The notes under the pieces are model-generated. The model had not been told where the DNA came from. It saw nothing but the letters and a program-made list of their open reading frames with translations, and did no database searches. From Tolypothrix carrinoi HA7290-LM1 (GTDB lineage: Bacteria; Cyanobacteriota; Cyanobacteriia; Cyanobacteriales; Nostocaceae), in contig JAHHIK010000029.1 of NCBI GenBank assembly GCA_019358935.1, forward strand, positions 8,734 through 72,733: a stretch of DNA of 64,000 bases, read 5' to 3'. A program made the translations under genes and the position numbers. Below, piece after piece: positions 11,201-19,185 of the stretch. Position 1 is the stretch's first letter. Every line of letters starts with the position of its first letter.

Positions 11201-12884
11201 CTACTTCATATAGTTCCCGACCCATGTTTGCATATTGTGACCCTTGTCCTGAAAACATGAAGATGACTGGACAATGACTTGGCTCATAGTGGTGACTAAA
11301 AATGCGTTGTGGGTCTTTGCCGTTAAGCGATTTCACCGTATCATCTAGGTCGTGGCAAATCATGATGCGGCGATAGTCAAAAGCTCGACGACCTACTTGT
11401 AGGGTGTAAGAGACATCTGGTAGGGGAATATCGGGGTTTTGCTCTAAATAATCACACAGTTGTGCTGTCGCAGTGTCTAAAGCCGTGCTGGTTTTGGCTG
11501 AGAGCAGTAACAATTGCCAAGGACGGGAGGGACTGGAAGCTTCAATCACTGGAGCTTCTTCCAAAATAACATGAGCATTAGTCCCGCCAATCGCTAAAGA
11601 ACTTACACCTGCTCTGCGTGGTGTTCCGTTGGTTTCCCACTCTGATAATTTGGTATTGACGTAAAAGGGGCTATTGGCAAAGTCTATCTGTGGATTTGGC
11701 TCCTGAAAGTGCAAACTAGGAGGTATTTGTTTATGTTTTAGTGCAAGGACTGTTTTTATGAATCCTGTCACACCTGCTGCTATATTCAGATGCCCGACAT
11801 TGGTCTTTACTGAACCAATAGCACAAAAGCCTTTTTTATTTGTGCTACCACCAAAAGCTTGTGTGAGAGCCTTGATTTCAATCGGGTCTCCCAAGATGGT
11901 TCCTGTACCGTGTGCTTCTACATAAGTAACAGTCTCAGGTTCGACTTCAGCTAAGGCTAAAGCTTCTAAAATTACATCCCTTTGACCCTCAATACTAGGG
12001 GCTGTATATCCAATCTTTAAAGAACCATCGTTATTAACAGCTGAACCCTTGATTACTGCATGGATAAAGTCACCATCAGCAATGGCATCCTCTAATCTTT
12101 TCAAGACAACTATACCTAAACCATTACCGCCATTAGTTCCTTTAGCTTTTGCATCAAAAGCTCGACAATGACCGTCAGGAGAATGAATTCCTCCTTGTTG
12201 ATAGTGATAACCTATTTTTTGCACCGTTGTAGTGGAAACACCGCCTGCTAAAGCAATATCACTTTCACCATTTAGTAAACTTTGGCAGGCTAGGTGGATA
12301 GCAACTAATGATGTGGAACAAGCAGTTTGAATATTGATACTTGGTCCTCTCAAGTTCAATTTGTAAGAAATTTGCGTGGGCAAGAAATCCTTTTCGTTTC
12401 TATGCAAAATTTGGTAGCTGTCTACTGATTCCATCAAATCTCGATTGGAATATAAGTTTAAAAGTAGGTACATATTTGGAGATGCACCAGCGAAAAGACT
12501 TATTTGACCGCTATAAGTTTCAGAGTTGTAGCCAGCATTTTCTAAAGCTTCCCAAACACATTCCATGAAAAGGCGGTGTTGTGGATCTGTAATTTCAGCT
12601 TCTCTAGGTGAAAAGCCAAAAAATGAAGCGTCGAATAACTCTATATCTTCTAATACACCGCTTGCCTTCACGTAATTGGGATCGTTGAGCAATGATGGAT
12701 CTACCCCACTAGATATTAGTTCCTCATCCGTGAAAAAAGAAATTGACTCTACACCATCCCGCAAGTTTTGCCAAAAACTATCAATGTTTTTTGAACCAGG
12801 AAAACGCCCTGCCATACCAATAATAGCTATTTCATCTTCGCCAATTAAGTTCTCAGATTGATTTAATGTATTCATTTCTCTCAT
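8205..12884 (-). CDS. Type I PKS module KS-AT(malonyl)-KR-ACP
   Basis: KS TACSTS; AT GHSIG/HAFH; KR ITGGLGGIG and DYCGAN; ACP GGDSL. Confidence 0.96.
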   Translation of the reverse strand: MREMNTLNQSENLIGEDEIAIIGMAGRFPGSKNIDSFWQNLRDGVESISFFTDEELISSGVDPSLLNDPNYVKASGVLEDIELFDASFFGFSPREAEITDPQHRLFMECVWEALENAGYNSETYSGQISLFAGASPNMYLLLNLYSNRDLMESVDSYQILHRNEKDFLPTQISYKLNLRGPSINIQTACSTSLVAIHLACQSLLNGESDIALAGGVSTTTVQKIGYHYQQGGIHSPDGHCRAFDAKAKGTNGGNGLGIVVLKRLEDAIADGDFIHAVIKGSAVNNDGSLKIGYTAPSIEGQRDVILEALALAEVEPETVTYVEAHGTGTILGDPIEIKALTQAFGGSTNKKGFCAIGSVKTNVGHLNIAAGVTGFIKTVLALKHKQIPPSLHFQEPNPQIDFANSPFYVNTKLSEWETNGTPRRAGVSSLAIGGTNAHVILEEAPVIEASSPSRPWQLLLLSAKTSTALDTATAQLCDYLEQNPDIPLPDVSYTLQVGRRAFDYRRIMICHDLDDTVKSLNGKDPQRIFSHHYEPSHCPVIFMFSGQGSQYANMGRELYEVEPTFKKHVDTCALILQPHLGLDIRSLLYPNEQDTETVSKQLQQTALTQSALFVTEYALAQLLMSWGIRPEAMIGHSIGEYVAATIAGVFSLEDAVFIVAKRGQLMQQVPTGSMLAIRLPEKDVQLLLSAQTLYKKYLQIAVINSPSSCVVSGTDEAIAILKNQLSSQQVECQLLHTSHAFHSQMMEPILSAFIEAIKTVKLNPPRIRFISNVTGSWITDEQATNPNYWSQHLRETVRFSNGISQLLRQFEGIFLEVGPGRTLSTLTTQHLDKNTKQQVLTSLRHVKEQQSDVSFLLQILGRLWLNGVEIDWSGFYTHEQRHRLPLPTYPFERQRYWIEPNKQGQGDRHTSISLGKKPDIADWFYIPFWKPSLPPVQLEHQELASQKSCTLVFIDECGLGSKLVKQLETQNQDIITVKVGENFTLLNESQYTINPEKNHDYDLLMQELLKQKKLPKTIVHLWSVTPSSDQELEIEQVDKAQTTGFYSLLFIAQALGRQETTDEVEITVISNDLQSVSGTEMLCPEKATLLGPIKVISQEYSNINCRSIDVILPEHGSWQEETLVEKILAELTVSDSEKLIAYRGLNRWVQSFEPVRFDKAKIEKPRLKEKGVYLITGGLGGIGLVLAEYLARTVQAKLVLIGRSALPKKNEWEQWLTTHDETDSTSCKIRKVQELENLGAEVLMMSADVSNIEQMQSAVAQAQQQFGQLNGVIHAAGVSGGGIIQGKTQAEAESILAAKVKGTIVINAIVKDIQLDFLILASSKSSILGEFGQVDYCGANAFLDAFAHCNASKQGRFTTSINWDTWQEIGMAANTELPQRLQQLRIENLQQGILPNEGVDAFLRILGNTIPQVVVSTSDFLNTLKKDNSYKETQVLEFLETVNPSYSKYPRPELSNDYVAPRNEIEQKIANIWQDVLGIELIGIYDNFFEVGGDSLIGIQVIAILNKGFNSKISVAKLYECPNISSMAKIFTPEESQENAFEQRLSRGQRRRQIKMQSN
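10192..11270. repeat. Duplicated AT-domain coding block, copy 2
   Basis: Matches 5491-6569 at offset 4701. Confidence 0.9.
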
Positions 12885-12928
12885 CTTACTTTATTAAACA
12901 GCAACGTCATAAAATATTTTATTTTAAA

Positions 12929-14671
12929 TTATATCAAAGATGAAATTAATATTTTGGCAGCTATCTGGATTTGCTCATTTAAAACTGTTTTAATATCTTC
13001 TTCTGTTGTTAACGGATTGGCAATGACTGCACGCATAGCAACTATAGGACTTTCGCTGCCAAACTTGATATCTTTTTTTGTCGTTCGCGAAATAAAAGTA
13101 TGACCAATTTGACGCTGATTTTTTTGTAAACATTCATTAAATATATTGATGATTTGATTATCTATCTCTGTCAATTTATTTTGAGCAAACTCCCCTCTAA
13201 ATTGTTTTGGAATATAGCGATAAGTTAACAGATTAGTATCAGGTTCTGCCAGCAATTCAAATTCAGGCATAGCCGAAATACAAGCAGCCATGTATTGAGT
13301 TTTTCGGATTCCTTCATTAATCAAAAACTCATATCCCTTAACTCCAATCAGCTTTAAACCGGCGTGTAAAAATAAAGCCATGCCTGGTCGAGAACCTTCT
13401 AAAGCACGTTTACCTAAATCAAACGACCCCTTACGCATGGTATAGCTAGCCTGTTTTTCGATCGCCCCAGCCAGATGTGGATCGCGGAAAAAAACCATAC
13501 CAATACCCATTGGTAGATATAGTTGTTTATGTCCATCAATAGTGACTGAATCAGCTCTTTCTATACCAGCAAGCTTATGCCGATATTGCTCAGAAAAAAT
13601 CAGTGGACCACCCCAAGCAGCATCTACATGAAAATGAGCATTAGCTTCCTGTGCAATTTCTGCGATATCTGTAAGGGAATCAACTCCACCTGAGTCTGTT
13701 GTACCAGCAACTCCCACAATTGCAATAATCAGCAAGTTTTTGGCACGACAATTTATAACAGTTTGGCGCAGTGCTTGTATATCAACTCGATTATTACAGT
13801 CAGTAGGGATTTTGATCAAACTATGGGTACCAATGCCCATTAAATCCGCAGCTTTATCAAAAGAGAAATGCATCAAGTCAGAACCAATAATTACTGCTCC
13901 TTTATAGCCATAGAAATTTAGAGCAGCTGTTAAACCTTCTTTTTCTACACCAAGAAATCCATCTTTCGGTTTTAGTAAAGCATTTCGCGCGCACCAAACT
14001 GCTGTGATATTTGCCACTGTTCCACCAGAAACCAAGATTCCAAGTGTACTCAAATTGTTTTGAATATGTTGAGTGTAAAAACCATCAGAGAAATTATAAA
14101 TTTGTCGATGCAACATAGCCAAAGCTTCACGTTCACAAAAGCTTAGGGCTTTAGCTGTCTCTATTTTGACGGCGTTTTGGTTCATTGCCGTCATTAGTTT
14201 AGCCAAAGGGCGTACAAAACTAGGAAGTGCCGAGGTCATGTGACCTATAAATCGTGGCGAAGATGTATGTATTGAATGAGCAACAACATTGTTGCCTATG
14301 TATTTGAGATAGTTCTCAAAATTAGTCGGCTGAACAGGAATTTTACTATCAGAAAATTTTTCTAATAGTGACTCTAAATCAATGTTGGTATTAGAATCGA
14401 TTGTGGTTAAAAAATCTTGCGATAAGCTATCAGTTATTTCATCAATTCGTTTCTCAATGGAGGTTGCTTGATTGCATGAAGTAAACAATTGCATTACTTG
14501 TTCTTCTATCTCATTATCTAATGTTTGCTCAGATTCCAAAAAAGAATTTTTGTTTAGCATTTCTTGTTTGCTTGATGTCATATTGTGTTGGTGACCATAT
14601 TTTTTTACTTCATTTTTGCAGGAAGAATGTTTTGCCTGCTTTTTTCTAAAATCTTCGATTCTATAGGTCAT
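12929..14671 (-). CDS. panP: PLP-dependent group II decarboxylase, PanP-like aspartate 1-decarboxylase (beta-alanine supply)
   Basis: HTSSPRFIGHMTSALP, SGGTVAN, HVDAAWGG, DGHKQLY (PLP lysine), LEGSRPG motifs; true start may be 14581. Confidence 0.8.
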   Translation of the reverse strand: MTYRIEDFRKKQAKHSSCKNEVKKYGHQHNMTSSKQEMLNKNSFLESEQTLDNEIEEQVMQLFTSCNQATSIEKRIDEITDSLSQDFLTTIDSNTNIDLESLLEKFSDSKIPVQPTNFENYLKYIGNNVVAHSIHTSSPRFIGHMTSALPSFVRPLAKLMTAMNQNAVKIETAKALSFCEREALAMLHRQIYNFSDGFYTQHIQNNLSTLGILVSGGTVANITAVWCARNALLKPKDGFLGVEKEGLTAALNFYGYKGAVIIGSDLMHFSFDKAADLMGIGTHSLIKIPTDCNNRVDIQALRQTVINCRAKNLLIIAIVGVAGTTDSGGVDSLTDIAEIAQEANAHFHVDAAWGGPLIFSEQYRHKLAGIERADSVTIDGHKQLYLPMGIGMVFFRDPHLAGAIEKQASYTMRKGSFDLGKRALEGSRPGMALFLHAGLKLIGVKGYEFLINEGIRKTQYMAACISAMPEFELLAEPDTNLLTYRYIPKQFRGEFAQNKLTEIDNQIINIFNECLQKNQRQIGHTFISRTTKKDIKFGSESPIVAMRAVIANPLTTEEDIKTVLNEQIQIAAKILISSLI

Positions 14672-14716
14672 TAATGTTCCAGCGATCGCCCTTCTTCTTC
14701 AATCGCCTTGTTTAGA

Positions 14717-17700
14717 CTAAAAATCTTGTTGCTTTGTTGCTGTTCGGCGCTCTTTCCTAACTTGTTTTCGCCTCTGTACTGAAGCTGTTCTGCTCTCCGA
14801 GTGATGAGCCGGTCGTAAAACAGATGTTTCTTCACTAGATTCCTGACTAAAATATTTAACCAAGTGACTTATAGTCGGATATTGAAACATCTCAACCAAG
14901 GTGAAATCTCGCTGAAATACTTTTTGCAACTTGCTAGGAACTTGAATTAAGAGCAATGAATTACCACCAAGTTCAAAGAAATTGTCATGGATTCCCACTC
15001 TTTCTACCTGAAGTAATTCTTGCCAAATAGATGCAATCACTTTTTCAACTTCGGTCTTCGGCGCCACATAGGATACCTCTAATTCTGGTCTTGAAGCCTC
15101 TGGTGCAGGTAATGCGTTGCGGTCTATTTTGCCGTTGGGTGTTAGAGGTAGGGCGTTCAGCATTACAAAGGTTGAGGGTACCATGTATTCAGGTAATCTT
15201 TCTTTGATAAACGCTCGTAAGTCGCCGATCGAAAGGGTGGGTTTGTTTGCTATTATTTCGTCAGCCAGTAGGCGCGTTTTTTCTGCGGGTGTGACTTGGG
15301 AATGCAGTGTTCCTTCTTTTTGTTGTGTCGGAACAACATAGGCTACTAGGCGTTTGTCTCCTGGTTGTTCCTCTCGTGCGACAACGACAGCCTCCACTAT
15401 TCCCGGATGTTGACTCAAGATAGTTTCTATCTCACTTAACTCGATCCGATATCCCTGGAATTTCACTTGATGATCTACACGACCCAGAAACTCAATGTTA
15501 CCGTTGGGTAGATAGTGTGCTAAGTCTCCAGTTTTATACAATTTGTTGTTTGGGTTTGTCCCAAAGGGATTGGAGATGAAACGCTCTATGGTTAACTCTG
15601 GTTGGTTTAAGTAGCCACGCACCACGCCTTCGCCGCCAATGTAGAGTTCACCAGGAATACCAACAGGTACTGGTTGTAGATGGCGATCAAGAATGTAAAT
15701 TTCTGTGTTGGCAATGGGGCGTCCGATTGGTATTGTATTGCCGACTTCTTGCAGGGGATAGCTTGTAGACCAAATAGTCGTCTCGGTGGGACCATACATA
15801 TTATAAATTTCTGCTGACAGTTGAGTCCGCAACTGTTCTGCTAGAGAAATGGGTAATGCCTCACCACCAAGCATCAATTTGCGGAGTGAACCCATCGCAC
15901 TCAGCGCCTTATTATCCTGAATTAATATTCTTGCTAGAGACGGAGTGCATTGCAGATGTGTCACATTGTGCCTTGCAATTTGAGCAGGTAGGGAATAGTC
16001 AGTGTCATCTTTGTCTGTTTTTTTGTTGCTCAATTCTCTGACTGTATTCAGGTGATGCAAACTAGACAACACCGATTCCACATCCACACCAAAATCGATC
16101 AGACATGCAACCTCATCCACCCCGATCGCCTTGAGTCGGTTAATCATCCGCAAGCAAGTGCTGGGTGTGCCTAACAAACTGCTCGTTTCAAAGTAGCGAT
16201 TAAAGGCGTAATTCAGCAGTTGCTCTTCTTCTTGTGCGGTAAAGTTCTCTGCATTAATATCGTGACCTAAGCTTTTTCCTAAGTTATTCAACAGACTCAG
16301 AGAACTCTTCAAGTACTGGTAGAAAGGTTGCCGCACCTTTTCTCGCACAACATCAATGTTCTCACCCACAAAGGTGTGAATCATCAGCGTGACGTGACCT
16401 GCTCCCAGTCCATGTCCGTGTTCATGCCAGGATTGGCGATAAATCGCAATTTTTTCCTCTAGTTCCTCTAGATTTTGATCGAGTAAATGGGTAAGCAAGT
16501 TGGCACCAATTTCACCCGCCCGACGAAAAGTTTCCGGACTACCAGCTGCTGTAACCCAAATCGGCACTTCCGGCTGAATCGGTTGGGGATGAATCTTCAC
16601 TTCTACTTCATTGCCGCTACCTGCTGGCAGGGTTATCGATTCTCCGCGCCAAAGTTGGCGGACAGTTTCGATGTCACGAAACATGATTTGGAAGCGATCG
16701 CTATACTTCTCTGGTGCTAAGACAAAATCATTGGCGTGCCAACCGGAAGCAAAGGAGATACCAACCCTGCCTCGGGAAAGGTTATCAACTACAGACCATT
16801 CTTCAACAACTCGGATCGGGTTTTGTAAGGGTAAAACAATACTACCAGCACGAATTTGAATTCGCTCTGTAATTGTGGCGATCGCTGCACTGACAACGGA
16901 GGGATTTGGGTATAGACCGCCAAATGCATGGAAGTGTCGCTCTGGAGTCCAGATTGCCGCAAAGGCGTGTTTGTCGGCAAACTTAGCACCCTCAAGTAGT
17001 AACTGATACTTATCTGTGCCTGCCTCTACCTCGTCACTAGCAAAATAGAAAAGGCTAAATGCCATTTCTTTATCTGTGATTTTTTGGTCTACTTCAGTAG
17101 CAAAAGTAGTAGGTCTTGAATCACCATTAATCACAACTTGAAAACCGCGTGTCAGCGTCCACAGCAACTCTAACACTGAGATATCAAAGGAAATGCTGGT
17201 AACTGCTAGCCAAGTCCCTGGATGATCGTTGCCAATACTACCGTCCATTCCTGTAAAGAAATTGACAACGTTGCGATGACTGACCATCACTCCCTTTGGC
17301 TTACCTGTGGAGCCAGAAGTGTAGATTGTATATGCTAAGTTATCCGGCGAGAAGGCTGTTGGGGGATTCTGGTCACTTGCGCTTTGAATTATCTGCCAAT
17401 CTCTATTTAGGCAAACCAGCGAGGCGCTGGAATTTGGAAGTTTTTCCAGCAATTGTTGTTGAGTCAGCAGTATTGGCACTTGAGCATCTGCCAACATAAA
17501 AGTTAGGCGTTCCTGCGGGTATGCTGGGTCTAGCGGTACATAAGCACCACCAGCTTTGAGGATGGCTAATAGTCCGATGATCATATCGAGCGATCGCTCT
17601 ACACAAATCCCGACTAATACTTCTGATTTTACTCCCAATGAACGCAAGTAATGCGCCAATTGGTTAGCTTTCGTGTTTAGTTCGCAGTAAGTTAACTGCT

Positions 17701-19168
17701 CATCTTTAAACACCACTGCTACTGCATTAGGTGTGCGTTCTACTTGCGCTTCAAATAATTGATGAATGCACTGTTCTTGAGGATACTCAACTTCTGTATC
17801 ATTCCATTCCAGCAGCAATTGATATTTTTCTTGTGCAGTCAGTAACGACAAATCTCGAAGTTGTTGTTCGGGATTAGCAACTATACTTTCTAGCAAAGTC
17901 TTTAAATGCCTTAATATCCGATTAATCGTCGCACTATCAAAACGACGGGTATCATACGCAATCGACAGTAATAAATCTGAACTAGGATATACCTGTAGGG
18001 TAAGAGGATAATTCGTCTTTTCAAATATCCGAGCTTCACCTATTACCATGCTTTGAGCTAGCTTTTCTTTAGTATCATCTACTAAATAGTTATTAAAAAC
18101 TAGAAGACTCTCAAATAGTGGCAAGCCACGAGGAATTTGACTCCATTGTTGAATCTGTATGAGTGGACTATACTCGTACTGACGCATTTCCACTTCTTGA
18201 ATTTGAAGCTTTTTCAACCAAGGTATAAGCAAATCATCAGAAGGGACTTGTACCCGTAGCGGCAATGTGTTGGCGAAAAGTCCCATCATGGACTCTGCTT
18301 CTGCTAATTCAGTCGGTCGGCCTGAAGATGTAGCTCCAAAAACTATATCTAACTCACCACTATAGTGACTTAAAAGTATAGCCCAGGCTCCCTTGAGTAG
18401 AATATTTAGGGTAAGGTGATACTTTCGCGTCAGGGAATTTAAGGCATCTGTCGTTGTTACCGAGAGTAAGGTTTGTTGACAATCATGGTCTTCGTCTTCG
18501 CTAGAGAAACTACCAGCAGCTTTGTCGATCATTAGTGGTGTCGGTACTGTAAATCCTCTAAGCATCTCACGCCAGTAAATTTCAGCCTTTGATATATCTT
18601 GCTGCTGTAGCCAAGAAATATATTCTTTAAAGGGACGAGGGTATTCCAGATGTAAATCCTGACCTTTACAAAAGGCATTATAGAATTCATAAAATTCTTT
18701 CCATAGCCATGTTAAAGACCACCCTTCCATCAATATATGGTGATAGCTGAAGACAAATTGATAAGTGCTATCAGCCACCTGAATTAATGCCAGACGGATG
18801 AGTGGAACCTGGGAAAGTGTAAAGCCTTGTTTGCGATCTGCTGCTAAAAAGACTTCTAACTGCTTTTCTGTTTCCTCCAAAGACATCTGACGCCAGTCTT
18901 GAAAATCCCAAGGCAAATCTACTTGTCGATACACCACTTGATATGGCTTATCAAGATTTTCCCAGTAGAAGGAAGTACGCAAAATCGGATGCCGATCTAA
19001 AACTCGCTGCCATGCTTTCTGGAAAGCTGGAACATCAACTTGAGTTTGCAAGGCGTAGCAAAACTGCTCAAAGTACATCCCCGAATTAGGTGTAACCAGC
19101 GTGTGAAAAAGCATACCCTGCTGTAAGGGTGAAAGTTCGTATATATCTTCAATATTATTTTGGTTCAT
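14717..19168 (-). CDS. NRPS module C(DCL-like)-A(Gly) with embedded luciferase-like monooxygenase-PCP
   Basis: IEDIYELSPLQQGMLFH start; code about DILQMGMIWK; insert FSLFYFA...WTPERHFHAFGGLYPNPSV...EEWSVVDNLSRGR at about 16030-17065; PCP GGNSL. Confidence 0.95.
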   Translation of the reverse strand: MNQNNIEDIYELSPLQQGMLFHTLVTPNSGMYFEQFCYALQTQVDVPAFQKAWQRVLDRHPILRTSFYWENLDKPYQVVYRQVDLPWDFQDWRQMSLEETEKQLEVFLAADRKQGFTLSQVPLIRLALIQVADSTYQFVFSYHHILMEGWSLTWLWKEFYEFYNAFCKGQDLHLEYPRPFKEYISWLQQQDISKAEIYWREMLRGFTVPTPLMIDKAAGSFSSEDEDHDCQQTLLSVTTTDALNSLTRKYHLTLNILLKGAWAILLSHYSGELDIVFGATSSGRPTELAEAESMMGLFANTLPLRVQVPSDDLLIPWLKKLQIQEVEMRQYEYSPLIQIQQWSQIPRGLPLFESLLVFNNYLVDDTKEKLAQSMVIGEARIFEKTNYPLTLQVYPSSDLLLSIAYDTRRFDSATINRILRHLKTLLESIVANPEQQLRDLSLLTAQEKYQLLLEWNDTEVEYPQEQCIHQLFEAQVERTPNAVAVVFKDEQLTYCELNTKANQLAHYLRSLGVKSEVLVGICVERSLDMIIGLLAILKAGGAYVPLDPAYPQERLTFMLADAQVPILLTQQQLLEKLPNSSASLVCLNRDWQIIQSASDQNPPTAFSPDNLAYTIYTSGSTGKPKGVMVSHRNVVNFFTGMDGSIGNDHPGTWLAVTSISFDISVLELLWTLTRGFQVVINGDSRPTTFATEVDQKITDKEMAFSLFYFASDEVEAGTDKYQLLLEGAKFADKHAFAAIWTPERHFHAFGGLYPNPSVVSAAIATITERIQIRAGSIVLPLQNPIRVVEEWSVVDNLSRGRVGISFASGWHANDFVLAPEKYSDRFQIMFRDIETVRQLWRGESITLPAGSGNEVEVKIHPQPIQPEVPIWVTAAGSPETFRRAGEIGANLLTHLLDQNLEELEEKIAIYRQSWHEHGHGLGAGHVTLMIHTFVGENIDVVREKVRQPFYQYLKSSLSLLNNLGKSLGHDINAENFTAQEEEQLLNYAFNRYFETSSLLGTPSTCLRMINRLKAIGVDEVACLIDFGVDVESVLSSLHHLNTVRELSNKKTDKDDTDYSLPAQIARHNVTHLQCTPSLARILIQDNKALSAMGSLRKLMLGGEALPISLAEQLRTQLSAEIYNMYGPTETTIWSTSYPLQEVGNTIPIGRPIANTEIYILDRHLQPVPVGIPGELYIGGEGVVRGYLNQPELTIERFISNPFGTNPNNKLYKTGDLAHYLPNGNIEFLGRVDHQVKFQGYRIELSEIETILSQHPGIVEAVVVAREEQPGDKRLVAYVVPTQQKEGTLHSQVTPAEKTRLLADEIIANKPTLSIGDLRAFIKERLPEYMVPSTFVMLNALPLTPNGKIDRNALPAPEASRPELEVSYVAPKTEVEKVIASIWQELLQVERVGIHDNFFELGGNSLLLIQVPSKLQKVFQRDFTLVEMFQYPTISHLVKYFSQESSEETSVLRPAHHSESRTASVQRRKQVRKERRTATKQQDF

Positions 19169-19185
19169 AGAAAATTTCTCCTATA

